Shown here in pieces: positions 43,572 through 56,259 of a stretch of DNA of 64,000 nt; the first letter of the stretch is position 1; each line of letters starts with the position of its first letter. The translations under genes were made by a program, and so were the position numbers. Origin of the DNA: an uncultured Acidobacteriaceae bacterium (lineage in GTDB: Bacteria > Acidobacteriota > Terriglobia > Terriglobales > Acidobacteriaceae); NCBI GenBank assembly GCA_963790555.1, contig CAWBPB010000019.1, positions 394,858 to 458,857 on the forward strand, written 5' to 3'. The notes beneath the pieces are model-generated. The model was not told where the DNA came from and did not search any database. It worked only from the letters and a program-made list of their open reading frames with translations.

Positions 43572-44570
43572 ATGAATCTCTTTCTCTTCCGGCGCATGGC
43601 TGGCGCAACCCTGCTGCTGAGCTTCACGCTTCCCGCGTTCGGCGTCTCCTGCAAGACGCAGGGCGCGATGACGGAGGCCGAGCGAGCGCCCATCGTGCAG
43701 GCCGCACGTCAGATCGCGCAGGATGTCCAGAGCGGCCGCACCGCGGACCTCAAAGCCGCCACGGTTCCAGCCGTCGCGGCGAATTTCAACAGCATCGCGC
43801 AGGCTTCCACGGCGCTCGCGCCACTCCTCTCCGGAGCGGCAATCACAGTGGATGCGGTCTACAAACTGGATGCCTCCGATGCCAAGCCCGGCGATGAGCA
43901 GGAGCAGTTCTTCTGCGATGCGGGCGAAAACGCTCACGTGGTGTTCAGCATTCAGCACCTGCCGCCGGGGCAATTCGCATTCGCGCTGGTGCACGCGACC
44001 GGCGTGGCAAAGCCGCAGCAGATGGCGCTGCTGCTGCAGTCGCTCCAGGCTGGTGCCCCATGGCAGCTTGCCGGCTTCTTCCCCAAGCCGCTCACCGTGG
44101 CGGGGCACGATGGCCTGTGGTACTGGAAACAGGCGCGCACCTATGTGCAGAAGAAGCAGCCATGGAACGCGTGGTTCTACTACTCGACCGCGGTCTACCT
44201 GCTGCAGCCCGCCGGCTTCTTTTCGAGCACGAATTTTGAAAAGCTGGTGGACGAGCAGCAGTCGGCTCGCCCCACCGACCTGCCCGGCACAACGCCGGTC
44301 ACCGTCACCGCCGATGGCGCGAGCTACAAAATTACAAGTCTGCGTACCGACGATGAGCTCGGCGGGCTCGACCTGGTCGCTCACTACAACTCGACCAGCA
44401 GCGATCCGGTCACGAATCGAACCCACACCATCGCCGTGATGCGCGGCCTGCTGACGCTTCATCCGGAGCTGCGCGAAGCCTTTCACGGGCTGTGGGTCTT
44501 CGCCGACGCGGGGCCAGAAGGACAGGCCTTCTCGCTGGAACAGCCGATGACGGCGATACCTCGAAGTTAA
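43572..44570 (+). CDS. Exported hypothetical protein
   Basis: 332-aa ORF, signal peptide, host-like codon usage. Confidence 0.75.
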   Translation: MNLFLFRRMAGATLLLSFTLPAFGVSCKTQGAMTEAERAPIVQAARQIAQDVQSGRTADLKAATVPAVAANFNSIAQASTALAPLLSGAAITVDAVYKLDASDAKPGDEQEQFFCDAGENAHVVFSIQHLPPGQFAFALVHATGVAKPQQMALLLQSLQAGAPWQLAGFFPKPLTVAGHDGLWYWKQARTYVQKKQPWNAWFYYSTAVYLLQPAGFFSSTNFEKLVDEQQSARPTDLPGTTPVTVTADGASYKITSLRTDDELGGLDLVAHYNSTSSDPVTNRTHTIAVMRGLLTLHPELREAFHGLWVFADAGPEGQAFSLEQPMTAIPRS

Positions 44571-44588
44571 AGTACAACTTTAACTTCG
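44562..44588. repeat. AT-rich perfect inverted repeat between convergent genes
   Basis: CGAAGTTAAAGT-ACA-ACTTTAACTTCG (12-bp arms). Confidence 0.85.
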
Positions 44589-44603
44589 GACTGAGCCGGC
44601 GAA

Positions 44604-45626
44604 CTACTTGATCCCGACAACCATCGAATCCGGTCCCGCGAGATGCTCCACATACGCCTCTCGGAAGCCTGCCTCCCGCATCCAGCCAATGCAATCCGCG
44701 GCCGTGTAGTCGAAGCCGCCCGGCGTCTCGATGAGCATGTTCAGGCTCATCAGCAGCCCGAACGCGTTCTTCGAGCGGTCGTCGTCGATGATTGCGTCGT
44801 AGACCACAAGAGCGCCGCCGGGATTGAGCGCGGCAAAGGCCTTCGCCACCAGCATCTTCTTCTGCTCGAGATCCCAGTCATGCAGGATGTGCCCCATCGT
44901 GAACGCGTCGACGTTCGGCAGATCGTCGTGGAAGAAATCGCCTGGCTGGAATTGCACGCGCTCGGCGACGCCATGGGTTCTGGCGTACTCCTCGAAGATC
45001 GGTGCCGCTTCGGGCAGATCGAAACCGATGCCCCGCAGATGTGGGTTGGCGAGCGCAATCTGCACCGCCAGATCGCCCTGCGCCGCGCCGAGATCGGCAA
45101 ACGTGCGGTAGCCTGCCCACTTCACCTTGCGCGCAATGGCCATGTTTGCGCCGTGGCTGATGGCGGACATCGCCGAAAGAAATCCCTTCAGCCGCGCCGG
45201 ATCGGAATAGAGCGCGGTGAAGGGCGAGCCGGTAGTGTCGTGCTTGGCTTCGTTCTGTTGCTGCCCTGTTCGCAGCGCCTCTGTCAGGTGGTTCCAGAAG
45301 CCGTAGAGACGTGCGTTCGCCATCTCCAGAACGCCGCCGATATAGCTGGGCTTGTCTCTATCCAGAAACAAGTCTGCTTCCGGCGAATTGCAATAGTGGT
45401 TCTCCGTTCGGTGCAGGAATCCAAGCGCGACCAGCGCGTCCAGAAAATCCCGCGCCGCGCGGGGATGCAATCCGAGCCGGCCGGCAAGCGCGTGGAACTC
45501 TTCCGGACCGCGACCCAGTTCGGTGAACACTCCCATCTCGACGGCGCTGAGCAGCGCCTTCGAGCCCCAGAATCCTAGACCTGTCTGCAGAATGCGGTCC
45601 GGCGCCGGACCTGCAGCAACACTCAT
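44604..45626 (-). CDS. SAM-dependent O-methyltransferase (dimerisation + Methyltransf_2)
   Basis: [36 protein letters not shown]. Confidence 0.92.
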   Translation of the reverse strand: MSVAAGPAPDRILQTGLGFWGSKALLSAVEMGVFTELGRGPEEFHALAGRLGLHPRAARDFLDALVALGFLHRTENHYCNSPEADLFLDRDKPSYIGGVLEMANARLYGFWNHLTEALRTGQQQNEAKHDTTGSPFTALYSDPARLKGFLSAMSAISHGANMAIARKVKWAGYRTFADLGAAQGDLAVQIALANPHLRGIGFDLPEAAPIFEEYARTHGVAERVQFQPGDFFHDDLPNVDAFTMGHILHDWDLEQKKMLVAKAFAALNPGGALVVYDAIIDDDRSKNAFGLLMSLNMLIETPGGFDYTAADCIGWMREAGFREAYVEHLAGPDSMVVGIK

Positions 45627-45926
45627 GTCGGTACTCCTTCATCTCGGAAAAATTGATTCAGAGAACTCGCCGCAACTCCGCGGGTTGTCTCTTTCCATGA
45701 TTTCTAGAACGTGTGCTTCAGGCGAAGGAGCGGCGAAGGAGGGAGGACGTGCAGCGACCGGCTTCTCCGGCGCACAGAGTAGAAGACCATGCGGCCGGAG
45801 GCAAGCGGAAAGTAGCGATTTCGGTCCGTTAGAATTTGCCAAAGTTGCATCACAGAGAGTTTGGCCTGGCAGCCGCCGGCGCGCGGAGCGCTCTCCGCAT
45901 GCCAGGCACTACACTGAAGAGAGCAA

Positions 45927-46598
45927 ATGAGTACGGAAAAACCCCTTTCCCGGGCAATCAAGGATCGCCGCGCAACCCCCAGCTTCGATGGCCGGCCCAT
46001 TCCCTCCAAGGATCTGCGCCGCATTCTCGATGCCGGACTGAATGCCCCGAGCGCATACAATCTGCAGCCCTGGCGATTCATCGTCGTGCGCAATCCGGAG
46101 CAGAAACATCGCCTGCGCAGCGCCTGCTACAACCAGCCCAAGGTGGACGAGGCCTCCGCCGTGATCGTGGCCTGCGGCGACGCGGATGGCTGGCGCACCG
46201 GCGACTTGGAAGAGATGCTGCGCATGGGCCGTGAAAACGGCATGCCGGAAAACTACGCGGAGCAGGCGAAGGTCGGCATTCCTGCTTACCTGGCAAATCA
46301 CCCGAACCTGCCGATGTGGCTGAATCGCCACGTGATGATTGCCTTTACCCACATGATGCTGATGGCGGAGGTCCTGGGCTACGACACCGCGCCGATGGAA
46401 GGCTACGAATCGGAAAAGGTAAGCGAGGTGCTGAAGCTGCCATTGAGCTACGTCACGGTCGCGCTGCTGGCCGTGGGTCGGGGACGCGGCGCAGACAAGT
46501 TCGCGGGCGGTCGATTCCCTTCCTCGCGGACTGTCTTCGGCGAAGAATACGGGCGTCCTCTGGTGGACGACAAGGCCGACGACGAGACGGGTACATAA
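45927..46598 (+). CDS. Nitroreductase family protein
   Basis: RRAT.SF, APSAYNLQPWRFIVV, GYDTAPMEG. Confidence 0.92.
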   Translation: MSTEKPLSRAIKDRRATPSFDGRPIPSKDLRRILDAGLNAPSAYNLQPWRFIVVRNPEQKHRLRSACYNQPKVDEASAVIVACGDADGWRTGDLEEMLRMGRENGMPENYAEQAKVGIPAYLANHPNLPMWLNRHVMIAFTHMMLMAEVLGYDTAPMEGYESEKVSEVLKLPLSYVTVALLAVGRGRGADKFAGGRFPSSRTVFGEEYGRPLVDDKADDETGT

Positions 46599-46607
46599 GC
46601 ATTCACC

Positions 46608-47078
46608 ATGCAGAGAGAATTTCCTAACGCCCCCATCGCGGGTGTGGGCGCGGTTGTGCTGGATGCGGACGACCGCATTCTTCTGGTGCGGCGCGGCCAC
46701 GAACCGCTGCTCGGCGAGTGGTCGATCCCCGGCGGCGCGCTCGAACTGGGCGAACGCCTGGAGGACGGTGTGCGCCGAGAGGTACGCGAGGAAACCGGAC
46801 TCGAAGTGACGCCGGAAGAGATTGTCGCCGTCTTCGATCACATCTCGCACTCTGGCGACGATCCGGAGCGCGTGCGCTTTCACTACGTTCTTGTGGACTA
46901 TCGCTGCCGTGTGGCCGGCGGCACGATGCGCAGCGCAACCGATGTGACGGAAGCGCGCTGGGCAAGCTGGAATGAGCTTACCGGCCACAGCGCGCTTGCG
47001 GTTCGCCCGTTTACACTCAGCGTCATCCGCAAAGCGCTTGATCAGGCAGCCGGCAAAAGCCGCCCTGAGGATACTGAG
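46608..47078 (+). CDS. NUDIX hydrolase (3' end approximate)
   Basis: Nudix box GGALELGERLEDGVRREVREETGL, FHYVLVDY. Confidence 0.88.
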
Positions 47079-47172
47079 AGATCGTCACCCGACACACGCG
47101 AGCCGCCGCCGAGGAGGAGCCCTTTCCTTGAGCCCCACTCGCCCGAGCGGTCGCACCGATCGTGCGCGCAGG

Positions 47173-48171
47173 ATGCGCGATCTGAAAACAGAAGAGCAAA
47201 GACCGCAGCCAGCGCTGAACTGGAAGGCCTACGGCTACGCCGTGGTGGCGATGGTGATCCTGTTTCTCCTGGGCGCCCTGCTGGTATGGCTGCGGCCGCT
47301 TGCGGTGCTCGAAACGCTGACCCGCGCACGCCTGGCATACAGCGGCTTTCACAACGAGTCCACGACCATCCGCGGCAATCGCATTCACTACTACGAGGGC
47401 GGCAGCGGCAGTGGAGCACCGGTGGTGCTGGTGCATGGGCTGGGCAGCCGTGCCGAGGACTGGGCCAACCTGATGCCGCAGCTCAAGCAGGCCGGCTTTC
47501 ATGTCTACGCGATCGATCTGCTGGGCTACGGCGACTCGGCGCGGCCTGCGAATGCGACCTATTCGATTCCCGAAGAGGCGCAATACGTGGAAGAGTTCAT
47601 GTCGCAGCGTGGATTACAGAAGGCGAATCTCGTCGGCTGGTCGATGGGAGGATGGGTGGCCGTGCGGGTGGCGTTGGACGTTCCCCAGCGCATCCGGAAA
47701 CTCGTCCTGTGCGATGCGGCCGGTATCCGCTTCCAGCCTGAATTCACGCCGGAGGACCTGGAGCCGACAACCGTTCCAGCTGTCCAGCGCCTCTATCGCC
47801 TGCTGATGCCGCAGCCGGCACAAGTCCCCGATTTTTTGGCGCGCGACATGATCCGCAGATTCAAGCAGCAGAACTGGGTGGTGGACCGCAGCGCGCGCTC
47901 CATGTTCACCGGCGCCGATCTTCTGGATGGCAAGCTCGGCGAGCTCAAGATGCCCACGCTCATCATCTGGGGCAAGCAGGACCATCTGATCCCGCTCGCG
48001 ACCGGCATCGCGATGCACCAGCAAATTCCGCAGTCGGTGCTAGAGATCTACGATGGCTGCGGCCACCTTGCGCCCGGCCAGTGCGCCGTCCGCATCGGGC
48101 CGCGGCTGATCGATTTTCTCGATGGCAAAGCGCCGCAGGCAAAGCAGACGACAGAAGTCGCTCTGCACTAA
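47173..48171 (+). CDS. Alpha/beta hydrolase with N-terminal membrane anchor
   Basis: LVHGLG, DLLGYGDS, GWSMGG nucleophile elbow, WGKQD, CGH. Confidence 0.92.
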   Translation: MRDLKTEEQRPQPALNWKAYGYAVVAMVILFLLGALLVWLRPLAVLETLTRARLAYSGFHNESTTIRGNRIHYYEGGSGSGAPVVLVHGLGSRAEDWANLMPQLKQAGFHVYAIDLLGYGDSARPANATYSIPEEAQYVEEFMSQRGLQKANLVGWSMGGWVAVRVALDVPQRIRKLVLCDAAGIRFQPEFTPEDLEPTTVPAVQRLYRLLMPQPAQVPDFLARDMIRRFKQQNWVVDRSARSMFTGADLLDGKLGELKMPTLIIWGKQDHLIPLATGIAMHQQIPQSVLEIYDGCGHLAPGQCAVRIGPRLIDFLDGKAPQAKQTTEVALH

Positions 48172-49620
48172 CGAACACTCTGCCGCTCATCGCTGGCAGG
48201 CCCATGCGTCGGCATCACCGGCATCACTACCGGCAGGGTCACGATGGCGCGCGCTCCCCAGGCTGGCTTCCGGTTCATCAACCTCACCGATCCGGCATGG
48301 GCCTCAACGATCTGCCGTGCCAGCGCCAGGCCCACGCCGCTGCCACCGCTCTTCGTGGTGTAGAAGGGCACGAAGAGATTCGAGTCGTTGGCAATGCCGG
48401 GACCGTTGTCCTCGATGCCGATGACCACATTGCCCGCGTCCACCTGCCATCCCACCTGCACGCGCGGCCTCCCGGTCCGGCTGGTCAGCGCCGCTTCCAC
48501 CGCGTTGCGTACCAGGTTGATAAGTAGCTGCTCGATCTGGTCGGGATCGATGGTCAGCGTCACATCGGGGCCGCCGGTAATTTCGGCTTTCAGCCGCTGC
48601 TCCAGCGCCAGTGTGCGCTCGACCAGCGGGCCCAGCGGCGTTTTTTGTAACCGCGGAGGCGGCAATTGCGCGAGCTGCCGATAGGCCTGCACAAAGCGGT
48701 GCAGCGACTCGGCGCGGCTCTCCACAACCAGAAGGCCGCGGTCGAGGTCCTCATCCGTGGCCACGCCGGAGATGAGCTGCGTGCGCAGCGTGCCGGCAAT
48801 GGATTTGATAGGCGCGAGCGAGTTGTTGATCTCGTGGCCGAGCACGCGGATGAGCCGTCGCCAGGCCTGCCGCTCTTCCTCGCGCAGCGCCGCGCTGACG
48901 TCGGTCAGCAGCAGCAGAGCATGCGGCACGCCACGCTGGCGGAAGGTGCTGCGGTGCACCATCCAGCGCGTGCTGCGGCCATCGTGCTCCAGCTCGACGA
49001 TGCCCTCGTCCGGCTCTTCGAGCAGTCCGGTCAGCCCAAGATCCTCCGCCGGCTCGCCGACACTCTCGTCCGGCGCTAAAGCAAGGACCGTTTCTGCTGC
49101 GGGGTTCAGCAGACGCAGCACGCCCGCGGGATCGAAGGCCAGCACCGGCGCGTCGATCGAGCCGACGACGCGGCGCAGCAGCGCCGATGCCTCCAATGCG
49201 CCGGCACGCTGGTCCTGCAGCATGTCGGCAAGCGCGTTGATCTCGATCGCCAGCTCGCCCAGTACATCGCCGGTACCCGATCCGCGCGCGCGGAATGCGT
49301 AATCGTCCTCTCGCAGCGCACTGACGACGTTGGTCAGCGTCTGCAGCGGGCGGACGACGTGCTCCACCAGCAGGCTGTAGACGATAAGGGTGACGAAGAC
49401 GATGACGCCGAGCAGCGTGAACCACAGGCTGGTGGAAGCATGTTGCGAAACGAGCAGCCCGCAGCACACCGCGAGGCCGGGCAGCGCGATGCACATGGCA
49501 AGCACACGCAGCCGTGCTTCAAAGCTCATGCCCTGCGTGGGCCGCTGCCGTCCACCGCGACGGCGCGACCCGTGAATGCGTATGCGTCGATTTTCAGATG
49601 CCCGCTCTGAGGGTGGCTCC

Positions 49621-49631
<11 letters not shown>
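48168..49631 (-). CDS. Sensor histidine kinase (2 TM, HAMP, PAS-like, HisKA, HATPase)
   Basis: RVLGHEINNSLAPI, LINLVRNA, DNGPG, FVPFYTTK..GSGVGL. Confidence 0.93.
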
Positions 49632-51034
<1,403 letters not shown>

Positions 51035-51050
51035 GCTGGTTGTCACTCTA

Positions 51051-53046
51051 CTATGGCTGCGGTGTTGGCGGCTGTGGGTCTGAGGCTGCGAAGTTGAGGG
51101 CTGGTCGGCGGGGCCGGTTGCGGCATGTGCGGCCGGAGGCGGCTGCAATGCCGACGGCGGAACCGGCGAAACAGGTTTGTTCACCACTCCGGAGCGGGCT
51201 TCATCCAGCGAGATGCCGAGACGTTTCAGTGTCTGCCCGGTCTGGCTGTACAGCGCGACGCGATTCTTCTCGTATTCGGTCTCAGCAGCCGCGAGTGTAG
51301 AGCTGGCGATCGCGAGATCGTGCTCCGCAGTCAGCGTCTCGAAATTCGAACCTGCACCAAGCTGCTGTTCCTGCTTTTTGATGTCGAAGGTCTTCTGCGC
51401 CAGATCGCGCGCCTTGCGCGCCGCTTCGACGCGCGCCTGGCCTTGCTCCAGCGCATACGCGGCGTTACGCACCTAGAATCCGCAGGTTTTTCTTTATGCT
51501 GCACCACATTCAATTCTGCCTGGCGCAACTCCAACTCGGAGCGGAACTGGTCCGCCCGCGCCTGCCGGTTACGCAGCGGAATCTGCACCTGTATTTCCGC
51601 CAGATAATCCGGCGACGTGTTGTTGAATGCGTTTTGCAAAGTGCCGGCATAACTCGTTGCACTGCGTAACCGGGTTTGGCCCGGCGGCGTGATAGAACGG
51701 ATTCGGAGCGCCACCCAGCCCATACCCGCAGTAGTAACCAACCAAATTCACGGTTGGCAGCATCGTAGTTGCGTATGGATTTCCGGGAGATCTCGGCATC
51801 ATCCTGCGTTCAATTGCAGGATGCTCAGGTCTGGCCGGTTCTTGAGGGCCTCATCAATCAACTGCTCTACTGGAGGTATTTTTTCCGGCTGGAAGGCCTC
51901 CAGTTCTACCGTGGGGATAACCGGCATCTCTTCCAGAGTCGGATCGAGCTGCTTGGTCAAGGCAGCCTTCATCAGCGACTCCTGCAACTGCAGGCGTCGT
52001 CTTCGACACGGTGAGGTCCTGCTGGCGCGTGGCGACTTCTGTCTGCGCCTTCATCACATCCAGCGCCGGCACAGCTTTCAACTGCAACTGCTTCTGTTCC
52101 TGATCCAGCGACTGTTCCGCAAATGCCAGCGAGCGCTCCTTTACCTGCTCATCCTGATACGCGTTCACCAGGTCCCAGTAGATATTCTCGATCTGTGTGA
52201 TGGTGACGGTCGATCTGTTGCCGAAACGCGATCTCGGTAAGTTTGCGATTGTTCTTGGCCAGGCGCAGCCAGCGCAGATTCGGAGAGAAGCCGAAGCCCT
52301 GCAACAGCTGCTGCTGAACCAGAAAGCGATAGTTCGCGGCCAGAGACGGATTCAGCAGTTGAAGAGGACTGTTCACCGTCTGGCGCGACTGGTTCAGATC
52401 GAATTCAAGATAAGTGCCGGTCGGAAAGGACTGCTCGTAGGATAGTATCGGCAATGATCGTATTGGTTTTCAGAGACGGCACGCCCGAAGTGACTGTGGT
52501 TCACCTGTGGCTGCGTGCTGTGCTCCGTCCAGGCCTTGGCATACGAGCCAGGGATCGAAGCTGGGCACCAGGATGCCAAGACCAGAAGTGCTCTGCACCA
52601 GGCCGCCCTGGCCTCCGGCCGCGCCGCTCACGGTGACGGACGAGGCAGCGCTCGATGCCTGGCGCCGCCCAGCGTCCCATTCGATACGGCCTGGAACACC
52701 CAGCGTGTATCCGCCGGCAGCGGTGCGCAACACATCCATGTTCGCGATGGGCAGGATGTAACGCGAGACCGCGATGTCCAGGTTGTTTTCGAGCGCCAGA
52801 TCGATCGCATCGTCGATCGAAAGATACAGCTTGCCGTTGTGAATGCAATGCTGCAGGCGAACGCGAGTTCGTCAGATTCGCCTTCGGCACATTCACCGGC
52901 GTGTAGGTCTTGAACGGATCATGCAGGTGCGGAAATTGAACGTTGAATCCCTGCTGCTGCGCACTCTGCGCGAAAAGGGGCGCACTCTGGGAAACAATCA
53001 GCGAGCTGAGTGCAATCGTTGCGGTGGCAATCTGGCGAAGATTCAT
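51051..53046 (-). CDS. TolC-family outer-membrane efflux protein (many indels)
   Basis: Signal peptide; DAIDLALENNLDI, QQLLQGFG, ALKNRPDL, IPLRNR.A.AD, EQQLGAGS fragments across frames. Confidence 0.82.
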
Positions 53047-53753
53047 CGAGTAGGTGACTCCTGTGCGGCGTTAAGGCGAGGATTGGCGGTGTCGCTCACC
53101 ATCCATCCATCGCGGACTTCGAGCACACGGTTGCCGTAGGAGGCGTTCACATCCGAGTGCGTGACCTGCAGGATGGTGGTTCCCTGCCGGTTCAGTTCTT
53201 TGAAGAGCTCCATGATTTCTTTCGCCTGCTCGGAGTGCAGGTTGCCGGTCGGCTCATCGGCCAGCAGCAGCGCGGGATTGTGGATGACGGCGCGCGCAAT
53301 GCCGACCAGTTGCTGCTGTCCGCCGGAAAGCTGCGACGGAAACAGGTCTTTCTTGCCGACGATGTTGAAGCGGTCCAGCGTGTCGGCCACCAGCGCCTGG
53401 CGCTCTGCGCGCGGCATGTTCTTGTAGCTCAGCGGCAGATCGATATTTTCCGCCACCGTAAGCTCATCGAGCAGGTGATAGCTCTGGAAGACCATGCCCA
53501 TGCTGCGCTTGGCCAGCTCGGCGCGCTGCTTGCGGCCCATGGCGTGCACCGGCGCATCTTCGAAGAAGTACTCGCCCAGCCACTGGTCATCGAGCAGCGC
53601 GATGGCGTTCAGCAGCGAGGACTTCCCCGCCCCGGACGGGCCCATCAGGGTCACGAACTCGCCGCGCTCAATCTTCAGGTCGATGCGGCGCAGCACCCAG
53701 GTTTGTCCGGCGCCGGTTTTGTAACTGCGTTCAAGGTTGCGTATGTCGATCAT
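53043..53753 (-). CDS. ABC ATP-binding protein (MacB/LolD-like)
   Basis: GPSGAGKSS, FQSYHL, LSGGQQQ, LLADEPTGNL, QVTH. Confidence 0.96.
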   Translation of the reverse strand: MIDIRNLERSYKTGAGQTWVLRRIDLKIERGEFVTLMGPSGAGKSSLLNAIALLDDQWLGEYFFEDAPVHAMGRKQRAELAKRSMGMVFQSYHLLDELTVAENIDLPLSYKNMPRAERQALVADTLDRFNIVGKKDLFPSQLSGGQQQLVGIARAVIHNPALLLADEPTGNLHSEQAKEIMELFKELNRQGTTILQVTHSDVNASYGNRVLEVRDGWMVSDTANPRLNAAQESPTR

Positions 53754-53766
53754 GTTTCTTCCTTCC

Positions 53767-56247
53767 TTATTCGTGGCGTAGCGCCTGCATGGGATCGGTC
53801 TGTGCGGCACGGCGCGCCGGCAAGTAGCTGGCGGTGATGCAGGTGATGGCGAGAATCGCGGCGACGGCTTCCGTCACCAGCACGATGTTGTGCAGGTTGA
53901 CGCCGGTAAGCCGGCTGGCGATCACGCGGCTGACGGCCAGCGACGCTGCGATGCCCAGCGCGCCGCCAACCGCCAGCAGCACCAGCGCACGGCGCAGCAC
54001 CAGCCACAGCAGATCGTTGCGCTGCGCGCCAAGCGCGAGGCGCACGCCGAAGTCGCGAATCTGCTGCGTGACCTGATAGGCGAGCAGTCCATAGAGGCCT
54101 GCCGCTGCAATCAGCAACGCGGCCAGCGCAAAGAGCGAAAGCAGCCGCGCAGCCAGCGTCTGGCTGCCCATCGTGTCCTCGACCGAGGTCTGCATCAGCT
54201 CGGCGTGATTCACTCCGACGCCGGGATTCAGGTCGTGGACGATGCGGTTGATCGCCGGAATCAGCGAACCGGGCTCGGTCTGCGAGCGGACGACCAGGTC
54301 GAGATGAAATGCAACCAGGATCGGATACATATCGTCGGCCGGCGACATCTGATCCAGGTTGAGCAGCATCTCCGGCTTCACAGAGTCGTTCATCTCCTGC
54401 CGTGCGTCCGCGACGACACCCACGATGGTCGCGTATTGATGCGGCCCTTTGTCGTTCATCTTCACCTGCATGCCGATGGGCGAGCGAGCGCCGTCAATCT
54501 GCCGGGTGAAGGCCTCGTTGACAACTGCCGCGAGTGGCGCGCCGACGCTGTCTTCCCTGTTGAAGAAGCGGCCCTGCTGCAACGTCACGCCCATGGCGCG
54601 GAAGTAGTCCGGAGTGGCGGCGCGGGCATTCGCCGTCTGTATGTGCCGAGGGTCAGGCTTGGGACGCCCGGCAAACACAATCTGGTCGAGGAACGTCCAG
54701 TTCGTCCGCAGCGGACGCACCGTGGTGACGCCTGCAGCGGTCACGCCGGGAAGATGACGGATCCGGTCGAGCATCGGGTCAATCAGCGTGGTCACGAGGC
54801 TCGGCCCGTTCGACGGGCCTGCCGAAACGAACCAGTAGTTCTTCTGCGGCAGCATCAGTTCCGCGGTGACGACCTTGTCCGGGTTGAAGCCGAGCGGCGT
54901 GCGCTGCATCTCGTAGAGCGTGCGCGCCATCACGCCGGCGGCGACCAGAAGCAGGAGCGAGAGTGCTACCTCGACGGTGACGATTGTGTCACGCACCAGG
55001 GCCTGGCTCCGGCTGGTGCCGCTGCCCGCCGAGCCTTCGCGCAGACCGTTCAGGATGGGCAGCCGCGCCGCCTGCAGCGCGGGAATGATGCCGAAGATAA
55101 GCGCCGAAACACAGGAGGCGATCAGCGCATAAACGCAGACACTCGTGTCGATGTGAATCATGTCGCCATTCTGGAAGGTGTTGGCCAGATAGGCGCGCGA
55201 GATGCGCAGCGCCGCTGAGGTGATTGCGAGACCGAGGCCTGCGCCCACCAGACTCAGCAGCAGACTCTCCACCAGGAACTGCCGCAGCAGCCGCGTGCTG
55301 GTCGCGCCCACTGCCGCGCGCACAGCAATCTCGCGCCGGCGTCCCTGGGTTCGAGTCAGCAGCAGGCCAGCCACATTGATCGTCGCCAGCAGCCAGACCG
55401 CCAGCACCAGGCCATTCAGTGCCAGCAGGCCGGAGCGCACATTGCGGGTGAGGAAGCGCGAGTAGTCCTCTACGATGACGCGGTTGTCCCGCTCCTTGCC
55501 CGGATAGGCGCGCAGGTTCTGCTGCTTGATGCCGGCCAGCTCGCGCATGGCGTCTTCTACCGTATTTCCAGGATGCAGACGCCCAAGCACGCTCAACATG
55601 CCGGAGCTGCGATCCTGCAGGTCCTTGTTGCTGATGTCGAGCGGCGAGAACAGATAATCGCTGCCACCCTGAAAGCGGAAGCTCTCCGGCATAACGCCGA
55701 TCACCGTGTTCGGCGTGCCATTCAGCGTAATGACGCGGCCAACGACCTTGCGGATCGCTGTTGAACAGCGTATGCCAGGCCTCTGCGCCGAGAACGACGA
55801 CGTGCGTCGCGGCTCCCTGATTTTCATTTGCGGCAAAGCCGCGTCCGAGGGCCGGCTGCACACCCAGCATGGTTCAGGAAATTCGTGCTGGTAATCAGTT
55901 GCGCCTCGGAGTGCGGCTGTGCGATACCGCCAACGATCGGCATATTGAAGGTGTAAGTAGCCGACGGACTGCAGCGTGTGGCTGCGCGTCTGCCAGTCCT
56001 GCGCATCGGGCAGCGGGATGCCGCCGCTGCTGGAGGCTGCGTCCTTGTCATAGGAAGCCTCCGAGATGGACACCAGCTCGGACGGATGCGCAAACGGCAG
56101 CGGCCGCAGCAGCACCTGGTCCACGACGGAGAACATCGTGGTGGTAGCGCCGATGCCCAGCGCCAGCGTCAGGATTGCGGCACAGGCGAAGCCTGGGTTG
56201 CGCCGCATCTGCCGCCATGCATAACGAAGATCGTTGCCGAGTTCCAT
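53767..56247 (-). CDS. ADOP permease, array copy 5 (compensating indels ~55750-55960)
   Basis: [52 protein letters not shown]. Confidence 0.92.
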   Translation of the reverse strand: MELGNDLRYAWRQMRRNPGFACAAILTLALGIGATTTMFSVVDQVLLRPLPFAHPSELVSISEASYDKDAASSSGGIPLPDAQDWQTRSHTLQSVGYLHLQYADRWRYRTAALRGATDYQHEFPEPCWVCSRPSDAALPQMKIREPRRTSSFSAQRPGIRCSTAIRKVVGRVITLNGTPNTVIGVMPESFRFQGGSDYLFSPLDISNKDLQDRSSGMLSVLGRLHPGNTVEDAMRELAGIKQQNLRAYPGKERDNRVIVEDYSRFLTRNVRSGLLALNGLVLAVWLLATINVAGLLLTRTQGRRREIAVRAAVGATSTRLLRQFLVESLLLSLVGAGLGLAITSAALRISRAYLANTFQNGDMIHIDTSVCVYALIASCVSALIFGIIPALQAARLPILNGLREGSAGSGTSRSQALVRDTIVTVEVALSLLLLVAAGVMARTLYEMQRTPLGFNPDKVVTAELMLPQKNYWFVSAGPSNGPSLVTTLIDPMLDRIRHLPGVTAAGVTTVRPLRTNWTFLDQIVFAGRPKPDPRHIQTANARAATPDYFRAMGVTLQQGRFFNREDSVGAPLAAVVNEAFTRQIDGARSPIGMQVKMNDKGPHQYATIVGVVADARQEMNDSVKPEMLLNLDQMSPADDMYPILVAFHLDLVVRSQTEPGSLIPAINRIVHDLNPGVGVNHAELMQTSVEDTMGSQTLAARLLSLFALAALLIAAAGLYGLLAYQVTQQIRDFGVRLALGAQRNDLLWLVLRRALVLLAVGGALGIAASLAVSRVIASRLTGVNLHNIVLVTEAVAAILAITCITASYLPARRAAQTDPMQALRHE

Positions 56248-56259
56248 CCTCTTTCCTCT

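Noticed and set aside
46608-47741. 377-aa extended NUDIX protein
   Set aside because: The extension is an off-frame read through the hydrolase gene
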